Shown here piece by piece: positions 28,111-41,246 of a stretch of DNA of 64,000 nt. Position 1 is the first letter of the stretch; every line of letters starts with the position of its first letter. This DNA comes from Chrysomallon squamiferum. Taxonomy: Eukaryota; Animalia; Mollusca. The stretch lies in contig CM022665.1 of the NCBI GenBank assembly GCA_012295275.1, forward strand, positions 39,060,001 to 39,124,000. Reading direction: 5' to 3'. The position numbers and the translations under genes are program-made. The notes below the pieces were generated by a model. It searched no databases, was not told the DNA's origin, and saw only the letters and a program-made list of their open reading frames with translations.

Positions 28111-31100
28111 CACCTGGCTCAGTCTAAATTAAAAATTACCACATGAACTCCACTGACAAAATGGCATGACTAGTGCATGCCAGACATTTGGTACAGTGAA
28201 TTTTTATTCTAGAATAGTCTTTTTACTGGTCGACCCAGTTTACATCGTATAGGATGGACAAAGACTGTGTGTGCTTTTAATCCCCATGGCAGACATTTTA
28301 CATTTTTCTCGCTGGCATAATTGCTGAAGATAAAAAATCATTATATACTTTTTGTTTTATCCAATCTCGTTTTGTGAGACTGTTTTTCTCTATGTGGAAG
28401 TATATTGAATATACTGATTAATGTTAGTTATGTCCAGAAATGGAACAACTGCCGCGTTCATGCCTGCTGACATTTAACATGTTTTATCTCAAGAAAATAT
28501 TGGCCTAGAAGTCACTTGACATTGTCTCAGATGTCAAGCAGGATGCTGATTCATGTTATGTCAGTAACACTCATGGATTTTGTTTCCTTTGTGAAGCTAC
28601 AAGGTTTCTTTTTTTTTAAACCCTTTATATTAAAAAAATATATATTTTAAAAATAAAAAAAATGTATGGCATGGAGTAAAACATTGTGGATCATGCCATG
28701 CTTGCCCATTCATTTCTCCATGGTTGAGAAAATCACTGGATAATGTGATTTGGTAATGTGTCCACACTGACATACAATGTTGTGATTCCTGTTAAAACAT
28801 TGTGTCAGGGATAGTGTAAAATAACTTTGTGAAACAGCCAGTGTTTCACATACACTGTCCAAGTTACTCTCATTCAGGGTTCTACATTTGTGATCCAGAA
28901 ACTTTTTATCAGTTGCAGAGAGTTCTTGTAATGACATTTTTCTGTCTTTTTGTCAGTGCATAGTAGTCGAGAAAAGAACTTATATTACATTCTTTTTAAG
29001 AGTGTAAGTGGGTAAAATAAATAATATACAAGGTAGGTGGTAGTAGCGTACATCGGTTTCTTTGCTCAGAATATAAGACAAATGCATATATTTATAATTT
29101 TTCAAAATTTACCTGTAAAATACAGTTTACAGTGTAGTTAATAAGACTTTAAAGCAGTTAAAGGAAACAAACAAATCGAACAATTCCAAAGGTCAATATG
29201 TACATTATGCACATTTTCTGCATATTATGACCTTGTTTTCTATCATGTTGTAGCTCTTTTGGAAGTGTTTTATACACACAAATCATGTTGTCTTGATTAC
29301 GTTTTGTGGTTTAGACATTGGTTCTTACTTATTACCAAGTGTAAGTGTTTGCAGATTCCAGCACAAATTGAATTTGTAAGAGTGAATCCTTGTGCCTGTT
29401 TATTAAGCCAAATAAAATGATTACATTTTAGTCCAGAAGTATAGATTCAGGTTTTAAAATAGATATAATTTAGCCTAACAAAGGTTAACATTTGAGTTTA
29501 TTTTAATAATAGTTGATGCTGTGTGGTTCAGTAAATACAGTTCCATATAACATTATTCCTGCTTTACATTAAATGGACATCCTGAAAATGTTTTTAAATT
29601 TTTCTGTGATTCAATGGATAGCAAAAATCTGTAATAATAAAACTAATTGAACTGAAATTTAATTTGTAATACTGAGATTACGGTTATGGCCATCAGGTAT
29701 CTTGTAAACTGGTGCTAACATTAACCAACATTATCTAGTGAATGGAAGATAACCATTGCCTTTCATCACTGGTCATGATAGTTTGCATCTGGATGCCCAG
29801 TTGAGGTTTCTCAGTGAAGGGAATACAAAGTTTCAGAACTAAGTGTTTGGCCCAAAGATTAACATGTCAGATTAGCAGTGGGATTAAACAACATAGGGAG
29901 ATTGGCAGATTTAAATGTAAAAAAAAAAAACTTAACCATAAACAGAATCTTTCTTTAATCTGTTTTTCTTTATGTATTTATAAAATTTTTATGTATTTTT
30001 ACCTTTATATCATTAAGTAGACTTGTAATAGTCCATTAATGATCTTTGAAACTGTATTTCTTTTTTAAATTCAGTTTTATGATATCCGATTTATAAAATA
30101 TTATAGAGTCAAAATGTATACTGATGTACCTTTGAGATATGAATTGTGAAATGCAGTATAGTGTGAAATATGGCAGTGTTTGAACTTAATTGTGTTACCT
30201 GATTTCAAAACACTAATCCAGTATGCATGCTATTTATTATCTTTTAAAAAAAAAAATTATATATAGATATACATATATAATAATAATAAAAATTTGGTTT
30301 TTCATTTTTTAGCAAGTGCATTAAAATGCATAATTTTCATAGTCATAAAAATAACAGTGAGCCTTTTGTAACCATTTTGCACATATTGTGACATCATGTT
30401 TAACATGAGGCATGCATACCATTCAGACTCATTATTCATTTACTTTAAACCTGCATAATGACATTGCAGAATAAACAAGAACGTTTTGGTTTCTTTTCAC
30501 AGTCTTAAATTTCCTGCATTGGTTATTTATTAATATTAATATTATTATTATTTATTTAATTAATTTAAATCTTCAGATTAATGGGGTTTTTTCTTCTTTA
30601 TTATTTAAATCCAATGGTTCAGTGCTGTTGTATTAAGTGTATACTGCTTCTCTACTGTTAAGTGTTCTTAACTGAAATTCATTCTAAATTAGTTTTTTTT
30701 ATTATTATTATTATTCACTACTACAACTAAAAAAAAAAAAAAAAAAAAAAAAATACAGAAGAATATGTTATAATCAGTTGAAGCATTCTTGAAGGAATAA
30801 AGAAAATATAACAAAATCAGGATCCTGCAAACAATGTAGATATCTCAATTTTCAAACATATTTCAAACAGTACATGTGGTGTCTGTATGTTTATAATTTA
30901 TTAAACTATATAGAATGCTCTAGGATGTGTAAAATGTTATCCATGTATACCACCAAATACTTGAAACAAAAAAACATTGATTAATGTATTTTTTAACTTA
31001 GCCTTACTAAAACATAACACTCAACTTAAAAACTTGTTTTTCAATTAATAATCATAGTGCTATATACTGAAGGTTTTATTTGCATATTTCCAGAGATTCA

Positions 31101-32512
31101 AATCTTAATTTCAAGTCAAAATAAGTGCAATAATAAACACATTTAACAGATTTCACTGATAAATATTTGGGATATGGTTATCACAATTGAGGTGATTTTT
31201 ATTACCAGAGTAACACTTCAGAATTAGATTGTAGAATATCTCTTTATAGCTAGATAATGAAGAGAAAACTAAAATACTTCTTTCAGTTCATATGAATGAC
31301 AGACTGAAACTGTCATCCTTTCATAATTATTTTTATTTTTTTTTTTTTTTAATAAACATCTAGTGTATTAGATGTATATAACTGTATTTACCATGTAAGT
31401 GACCTGACATTTTCTAAAATGAAAACACTATCTGTGAAGTTGTGAATATTCATATAAACACTTGTCTTAATAATTTGTCTTGTAGAGATATATGTTCATG
31501 CAATTAAAATTATTGTTGGTGTTTGCAGCCATCTAAGTTGTAGTGTAAATAATTAATATTTAATTCCTTCTAAACTTGGGTAAAGTTACAAAAGTTTCTA
31601 TTCCCTTTCGTGTGAGAAAAATATATAATAATAATACAAAAATAAAAATAAATAAAATATTTGTAAAATAAGAGTATAACTTTTTTGAAGTAGTAGACAT
31701 TTTATTTTATTTTATTTTATTTTATTTTATTTTATTTTTTTTATTTTATTTTTTTATTTAATTTTATTTCATTTTAAATTAATTTAGCAATAGTAACCAC
31801 ATTTTGTGATACGGTGAAAGACTTGCATTTACCAAATTACATCATTATATGACTTCCAAACATCTATGCAAAACTGAGGAAGCACGGTGGATTATGTGAA
31901 GAGTCAGGTTAAGAATAAGTCAGTTTATAAGTGAAAGTATTAAAAAATATTGTACATTTTCTTATTTGTAGAATGAAAATTTTCTTGTAAAATGATAGTG
32001 TTATTGTTTATGTAGTGATGCCAAAAAATCTTTTTTAAATTTTTTAAAAGATTTTTTATTATAATAATTTTTTTTTAAATATTTTATTTCATTTATAAAA
32101 ACAAAACAAAAAACAATAACAACAACAAAAAACTTTCTTTGGTAGTGTATGTTTAGTGAGAGACTTGAGAATTTCCTGATAATTATTATAAACTACCATT
32201 ATTCCCAACATTATATATGACCTTTATATATATAAAATAATACAACAACAACAACATAATAATAATAATAATAATGGCTACATGAGGGTTAAATATTTTC
32301 ATACTTATTGTTTTTCTTTAGTGGCATTTGTTTGTTTTGTTTTTCTTTAAATATTTTAAAATTTCCTTTTTGTAGTAAAGATTTCCAAAGTCAAGATATT
32401 GGATCTTAAAAGATTGGCAGCAATAATCCTGCTGTTTAAGGTAGGTTGGAAGGGGGTGGGGTGGGTTTTTTTTTTTTTTAATATTTTAAACTAAGCTTGT
32501 AATATTTAACTG

Positions 32513-32547
<35 letters not shown>

Positions 32548-35500
32548 ATCTCATCTATAATTTTGGTATAAACATTTGTTACCAGTTATTTGCTTCACAT
32601 TTTTTATTTTAACTCTAAAACAGTAAAAAGCTATTAATATTCTGGACAGGGAGATGCTTTTATGATTTTATTTGTAATTGTAATTCATTAGAAATACCTC
32701 AAGACATTTTTACATTCTTTATTTTAAAAATAACAGATACAAAAAAAAATGTTTAATAGTTAATCCCTGCTGTGTGTTAATAAAGTGGCTCCCACAGATT
32801 CACCCCTCCCATTCTTCCTCATCCTGGAGATTGAGACCACAACATCTTTCAGATATCTTTTTCATCCGTATGAATGTCTGTATCGTGTGAATATTTTTGT
32901 CCAACTAGACATTTAATAATATTGAACCAAAATATTATGTTGATTTTCTCTTTCTTTTTCACATTATGAAAGTATTAATGAATGTTTTAATTATAACTAA
33001 TATTGTTCATGTCCTGTCAGCATAAGGAATGTATTACATCTTTTCTTCTGTATTTTTGTCTACATTATATATGTAATATTTTGTTCTTTTACCAGTATCA
33101 GAATATATATAAATATATACATCATCATTTCTTATGGAAATGAATAAATCTTGATTTGTTGTATATTTTTTAACTAGAGTGAAAATAAAATTTCTAGACC
33201 ACGTCTCTCTTGTTTATGAAAAAAATTTGCGTTAATTATATTCATAGATTAGTGGGCATTTGTAAGGGAGAATTTAAAATTCATTTATTCATATCTACTT
33301 AGTTCAATGTGTCAGATGTTCTCATTTCTTTCTATGTATATCTTTTCATTAAGTAACACACAGACTCCCCAAAAAACAAACAAACAATTACAATGTTATG
33401 TTTCTTAGTGTAGCCAAAAAAATCTATACATTTTTGATTCAAGCACATGGTAAATATATGAAATTGTAATACACAAACCAAATACTTGGATATGAAGACT
33501 GGTGGAAATATTTAATGTTTAAATTACAGAGGCTAAGTATCAACTCAAGTTTTCTCTTACAGTAGAATTCCATAATTTTTTTAGGAATGATAACCCTAAT
33601 AAATTACATATATATACTAAAATGTGCTGAAATTGTCAAGTAATTCATTAAAGGGCCAAAGAGTGAGTTGGTGGTATATAGTCAATATTTAAAATTTCCA
33701 CCCATTTCAGAAATAGTGGGCATTGTTAGCTGACTACAGAACTGTGAACTGTGGTTGAAGTAGACCACCCTGGCATGGTACTAAAACATGATGAAAACAA
33801 AAATATTCCTGAGATCATTTTTACTCTGTAACCATTAAAATGGTCACTAGAGGTGCAGGGAGGGTCAAAATCATTACTATTAAATTGGTCATTAAAGCTT
33901 CTCAAGAGGTTAACAGTATTTTAAAACATTTTAGTATTAATGATTATAAACCAAAATAAAAATTAATAATAATAATAAAAATTAGATAAAAAATAATAAC
34001 AAAACAATAAAAAAAAAAAATATCAGATACACCCATTTTCCCTTAGAAGTGGGGTAATTATTTTATTTTATTTTGGATTTTCCAAAGTTATTTATTTTTC
34101 TTTACAGAATATTTTATATATCAAAGAGAAAACTACCTTCAGTTAGATTATATAAATTTACCACACAATACTTGATACTAAATTTCTGGGAAACAAACGC
34201 ATGCTACACATCTACTGAATGGAAATGAAATGTATTTTTAAAATAACAGAAAAAAAAACATTACTCAAACAAATTTAACTTTATTATGTTCTGAATTAAT
34301 ACAAAGAAGACATTTATGTCTTGTTTTGAGAAAATAACAGTTCCACATGCAAAATCAGAATGTTTTACAGCATCAGTAAAAATTGATTAATTTAATAAAA
34401 TACAAGCAACATAAATGTTTATATAATAAACACTTTTTATTCTTCAAACCTGAAACAGTAATTTTTTCACTATGCAAAATAAGAAAAACAGAATACTGTA
34501 GAAATTAAGTAAGATTTAAAAAAAAAAGAAAAAAGCAACCTTAAAGGGATTCAAAATAATGCAACTGATATTAAATTTTGCAACTGAGATGAAATAAGCT
34601 ATTTGTTACAAATGAAACTGGTTTGATTATAAAACTGAAAAATCCAAACAAAAAACCAAACAAATCTGTCATGGATTTAATTTTAATTTTCAGCCACATG
34701 AAAAACTAGAAACAAAATGATAAAAATTCTTTCATATCATTAATTACAAATTTGCAGTAACTAAATATCACTGCAAATAAAAAAATCCAATGCTTTAATG
34801 TAAGAGCATTTTAATATTTTGATCTTAGTTTTTTTCTTCATTAATTTAAAAAAACAACAACATTTCTACAGATTTGTAATTTTTAAAACATTATTAATTA
34901 ACAATGAAAAATATTTTTTCAATCCTGCATGGCACAATAAAAATTAAATACTGTCAGCAAAATGAAAAAAGATACAGAAAGAAAAACCATATTAATGACA
35001 ATCATCTGAGGTTTGCAAAGACAGTAATTCAGATCTATTTTTACAAAATATTAGTAAAATATTAATTTAATAATGTTTTCAAATAATAACGAGCAAATCC
35101 AATTGGGTGCATATTTGTTTAATCCAATATTAAAATGCATCCTTGACTTAGTGTCTCTTGTTTAATGCTAGTATCAATTATTCTTTGACTTCTGTCTCAT
35201 TCCCTTAATTTAATATTTAAGTTAGGTATGGAATTCATTAATTACTTTAAGATGTATTAAGTCAAGGATGTGCTGAATACTATAACTTACAGTAATATGT
35301 AATAGTTTGATTAATGAATTAATAATTGCTGTCAGAAATAAGAAAGTAAATTATATTTTCGAATTTGTTTTTTGTGTTGTTTTTTCTTGTTTTTTTTTAA
35401 AGCATGTACATATTACATTCTAAATACTAAACATGTTATAAATTTAATTTCGTAAAACTATTACTGTCCTCAAAGCACCAAGGCAAGCCAAAATTAAGAT

Positions 35501-37491
35501 GGATTTACTAAGATGAAATGAAATAGTACTTCATGCTGTTATCAGAGTGATGATGATGATAATAATAACAATAATCATAACAGTAATAACAATATAATAA
35601 TAATAATAAAACAAACTACAATAACAAATTTACAGTTCAGCTATATATTCAATCTAATGAAAAAGTTCATACTAAATTCTAAAAATAAAATATGTATTTA
35701 ACAGAAGCAGGAAATAAATGGTATAAAAGCAGCAATAATACTGAAATGAAGCATTGAGTTATGAAAATCTTTATACCTCACTTTAAGTCACAACTAATAT
35801 GTATAAATTTGCAACTTGCTTGCTATATGCATCTGAATTAAATATGTGTTGCAGGTAATTAAAGTAACATAGTAAGCAAGTTGCAAATTTACAGTTTAAG
35901 AATTTAAAAAATTATGATAATACAACATATTCTGATCAAAAATGTTAAATTCTTAAACTTACTTTTTATTGTTTTAATATTTATTTTTGTTCACTTTTTT
36001 TTTCTTTCTAAAACAAATTTAAAAAAAAAAAAAATGCACCCAACATTCTCCAGTGTAACAAGGCACTTTTTAAAAACTTTTTTAAAATTAAATTATTTAA
36101 ATTTTTATCAAAGAGGATTATATACTGAATTACGTTTTTAATCTAGCAAAGAACATATTCAAGTGAAATCAAATTTGATTTTTAGTTGTTTTTTAGATTT
36201 TACTAAAGTATGATGGACAACATCATTAAGAAAAATTCACAAACATTTTTTTTAATTTTTAAATTTAAAAAACAAAAATCACAATGTAATGTTCTTAAAA
36301 GCAATGAACATTTATTATGTACACTCTTATCAATGGCAAATTCCACATTTTACCCAATACTGACAAAGACATTTTAACATCTTTGATTCACAGTATATTT
36401 TATATCTAAATATTAGATACTATCATTTTAATAGAATGTTATCAGGGGTTTTTTGTTTTGTTTTTTTCACTTTTGAGACATGATAGTTGTCATTTCCAAC
36501 ATATGTAAATAATAAACAATTATTTGCACATATGTAAGTGGATTTATATTTATCAGCATCCGAATTTATGCTTCGATAAATTATTCGTTGTTGATAATAA
36601 AAAAATATTTTTTAAATGTAAATTCTTTTTTATTTAAACATGATTGATTTTACCTTTCACGATTAAAAGTATAATCTTTATCAAGTTGTTTTGATTATAA
36701 AGTATCAGTTTGCCCAAACTAGTAAAATAAAGTAAACACTGAAATTTTAACATAATTAGAACATGAAATATATTAATGTAACATTAACAAATACCAAAAA
36801 TATAAAGAGATTTTCAATCAAATAACACAAATATATTTATTTACAGAATTCTGAAATATTTAGAATAATTTCACATTATTCTATTTCAGGTTGATTGCTT
36901 TGAAGATTTAAAAAAAATTTCTTTTTCTTTAAACTTTCGCCAAAATGTTTGATAATAACATTCAGTAAAATGTGCTGTTTCTGGGTAAAAATCCAAACCC
37001 TCTTATTAGAAAGAAATTTTTAAATTATTTTATTACACATGTATGTTTTTACTTTGCTTCTTTTCTTTTTCTTTTTACAATAATTACATGAAACTTTATT
37101 CTGAATATATTAAACAAGTTTTGCCTTTATAAAAAAAAAAAAAAAACACCCCAAAAAACCTACTAACAATAAAATAAACTATATAAAAAAAAAGAAAAAA
37201 AGGTATATACTATACTTTTACTTCTTTTCAGTTAAATAAAGGTGAAGGTTACAATATTTTTAAAAAGCAAAAAATTATATTTTTTATTGACTACGAATTT
37301 TAATTTTGCACCATCATTTTAGATGAAAAACCCTTTAAACACTTTCAGAATATAAGGAATACAATGGCAGTGTAGATGATAAACAGTATGTAAAAGTGAA
37401 CACATGCTGTGAAAGTGTCAACATGCAATGCAGAGAAAATGCTGTGATGGGATATTCACAAATGAAATGTCTCAAAGTCAGTTTCTCAACT

Positions 37492-39708
37492 TCAGCTTGC
37501 TTCTTCTGTGGTCTTCACCAAAGAATAAATCATCCTTAAAAAATATATAAAAAAAAATGTAGCTAAGAACAAATATAATAATAATACTTTAACATCAATA
37601 AAATTAATAAAAAGAATAGCAATAATAATTATAACAACAACAATAATAACCATTGTATTAACACATTCTTACATGTTCGTGTAGAGTAACGATTGGGACT
37701 CACATTTTCTCCATTATAATGTGACATTTGAAAAGAGTTTACTACATATTAAAAATATTATTAATAATATTAAAATAAAATATATTAATAACTGTTTTTT
37801 GTTTTGTTTTTTAATTAAATTTTGTTTAAATGTTAATCCCTGCAACAAAGGATGAAATTTTTTTTTTAAATCTGGGATCATAGTTAAAGAGTTTACATTT
37901 AAAACATTAAGGTGTAATGCACCAAAAGTGAAGTAATAACTATACCAGTAGAGGAAAATGAAGAAAAACAGCAAGTGAAAGCCAAGTCGAACAAGACTCT
38001 CCTTCATGTAGACTTTAAGCTGCTGTCGATTGTGAATCTCTGTTGGATCAAACATTCCTATGTTTCCCGATGGCTTTGTTACATACCTGAAAAGAGACTT
38101 GTTATTATGAACAATTAAAATTTGTGAAATATATATATATATATACCATGCACACACACACACACACATGCAAACAGTCAAACAGGCACAATTTCTCTCC
38201 TTTTCTTTCACCTATCTTTCTCTCTACTCTTCATAGTCTAACCTCTGGAGAATGTCCATATTATTTGAAAAATCCTTCAGCATTATTGTATCATGTTCAC
38301 CTAAATACTGATTTATCTAAAAGCACAGTACAAAGGATGATGCATACAAAAGACACCTTGATGCTAAGCAAAATGGTGTAGCCCACTGTGGTTTCTTCAT
38401 TTATCATCAGAACAATTCTTAACCTTAGAAATATACATGTCATCATATAACCATATAAAAATACTTCTTCTTTCTCTCACAACAGATTAAAATATGATAA
38501 AAAAAAAAGATGACTTTACTTGTATGTCAGCCATATTCCCAGTGGTGCATACATTAAGAAGAGGACCCAGTGTCCTGTCAGCAATAGCAGTACTGTCATG
38601 ATGTTCTGTGCTATGATTTCTGGTAGCATGTACTGAAACAGCAACAATTACAGTTTAAAAAAAAAAAAAAAAAAAAAAACAACAAAAAAACTTTAATTTA
38701 GAATATGCCCTATAAATGTGGTATGGAAATAAAGCAAATAAATAAAAACTTATAAACCTCTACATTATATAAACCCATCTATGAATTATTAGCAAAATGT
38801 TCTTTAACTGTTTTTTAACTGTTATTTCAAAATTATTTTTAGTCTGTACCATGTGGAGTTAATCAGAAAGTGTCAGATATATATATATGTGATGTTGTTT
38901 ATTTTTTAAACACTAACCCAGTTGAGTTTCTCACAGCATGATGTTGCATTCAGGTAGTCACATTCCAAGTCTGATAATGTAATAATCTGAATACAGTTAA
39001 GATTGATAACCATTATTAATAATTGTTTTAACAATAATATCTTAACTAATAACATTTTATGATTTAATAAATTATATTATTTACAAATTATACTGAAATT
39101 ATACGAGTAAAATGTAACTGAATAACATTAATTATTCTGCTTTTGTAACATTATAAATTTACATCAAAATAGCCTTCAAAAACAGTAAATAATAATAAAA
39201 TCAAATAAAATATAATTAACTTGTATTAATTCTAACAGGTTATATAAATATTAATTTTGTGCGTCAGTTGTGTAAATTAAAGAGCAAAGTTCACTTGTCA
39301 TCCACCACTAAGCATGAAACGCAATTTAATCACCCAAAAACTTTTTAAACTGTTAATTAATTCAGTTTGCAGATAACATAACATAATAGCTTTGGTTTTT
39401 CAAATTTAAAAACAGTTAATGAAATTAATTTTAATTATGATGCATTTTTATTGAAGTTTGATTTTATGTTGCTTTTTAGTCCACTTAAGTCTTCAAGTAT
39501 AAGTTCGGAAATAGGTGATCTTCGATTTTACGGAACAGAATACTATAATGGCACGTGATTTGTAAAACTGAATGATGTGTTAATATTATCATTACAAAAT
39601 ATATATATTAAATACTCTTCACAAGCTTAATAAGGATACAAAATAAACAGCTAGGAAAAGTAAAGCTCCTTCATCTATTAGAGCATAAACAAATAAAAGA
39701 GCATCCAT
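37492..39708 (-). CDS. CNIH4: Protein cornichon homolog 4 (ER cargo receptor), 144 aa
   Basis: Minus-strand exons 39708-39640, 38986-38918, 38632-38520, 38086-37946, 37534-37492 (TGA). Translation [53 protein letters not shown]...[25 protein letters not shown]...[16 protein letters not shown] carries the CNIH4-type motifs [11 protein letters not shown] and FDPTEIHNR. Confidence 0.95.
38987..39639 (-). other. U12-type (minor spliceosome) GT-AG intron 1 of CNIH4
   Basis: 5' splice site |GTATCCTTA. U12-like branch point TCTTAAC just before the AG (…AATCTTAACTGTATTCAG|), with no polypyrimidine tract. Confidence 0.88.
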
Positions 39709-40764
39709 GGTGTTCTACGATTTCAGATAACAAGGGGAACAACTCACTAGGACCACTATATTTAGGTTTATAGCAATAATGCCTACCAGTTTTTCCAGTC
39801 TCGTTCATGAACGCAGCAATTCAAAGCCAACGGTAGACAGCCCTCCTTGGTGTCTTTCCGTAAAACGTCCCAAATAAACCAAAGAACATGTCGGATCCTT
39901 ATTATCAAGTACAGAAGATATTCAATACACAAAATGTAATAGTCAACCGAAGAAGAAGAAAATAAATATATAAAACTTAAAGTATCTCTTTTTTTTTTTT
40001 TCAAAGATGATGTATGTTAGGCTAATTTAAACAAAAAATAAACCTATAACTATGTTGGATAATGGTTTGGAAAACTGTGATAACGGATAACATTTAAATC
40101 TCTGGAATAAGTATCAAAAATATTAAAATGGTCTTTATCTGATAACTAATTAAATAAATTAACTATTTTCATTTATTTTAATGTATGTGATTTCTGAGAA
40201 TTTTACAAACATTTATCTGTAACTATGTAATAGGATTTTATCAAGTTTATTTCTGACGTAAATTGTAATCAAGCTTAAATTGCTAATCGGATTAATTCGT
40301 ACATGTCCGTCAAAGCGAAAATAAACGAAGGTGACCGACTATAGATCTAATTCTATTTATAGATACATACCTCACTTTGTAAGTATAGTTTATTTATTTC
40401 ACAACCGGTCAGTAACAGAAATGAAACTGTTGCACCACAGAAGAAAATGCAAACATTACTATTTAAAAGTGAACTAGACATGTAGTTTTACCACTCAACC
40501 GACGTGCTTGCAGATAGTAACAACTGCTAAAATGGTACAGAAATTCAGTAAATGGGGCGTTTACTCCGGTAAGTTTTTTTTTTTTTAATGTTTTTTGTGT
40601 GTGTATGATTATATATATATAAAATTTATTCGCAGATCATTAATTATAACACATATACTATACATTTTTTAAAACTATGATCATTTTGTTTTACCATGTA
40701 TGTACATCGTGGTATCACAATGCATTTAATTATAAGCATCATAAAGCAATATTTTTACTGTTTT

Positions 40765-40870
<106 letters not shown>

Positions 40871-41246
40871 ACTCTGTGCGTGAGTGTCTCATATGTTTGT
40901 TCCCCAGCTATATGAATATCGCATAATTACAGGTAACACTCTCCGGAGATCCGAGTGTCTGCACAAACGTCGGTACACTAAACAAGCGTGTGTGGTCAGA
41001 CGATCGACAACTCAGAAAGGACACGTATCAGAAATACTTTCAACTATCCTTGGCGTGAACAGCGACAACGTCGTGTTTTCTCTAAATAAAAAGAACAGAT
41101 GGACAATCTCGACCTTAATTAGAAAAGAAATATTTTCAGATTATTCCAGAGAATGTTCCAGCAAATTTGTTCTTTATGAAAAACATAAATTAAACAAAGA
41201 AGCCAACTGCATCGGCTTTTACTGCAATAAAGGAAAACGGAAAAAG

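Noticed and set aside
40884-41246. First 121 codons of the 919-aa ORF as the true N-terminus
   Set aside because: It starts at GTG beside a (CT)n tract and spans a probable splice acceptor at 40932, so it is more likely intron plus 5'UTR. Not fully excluded.
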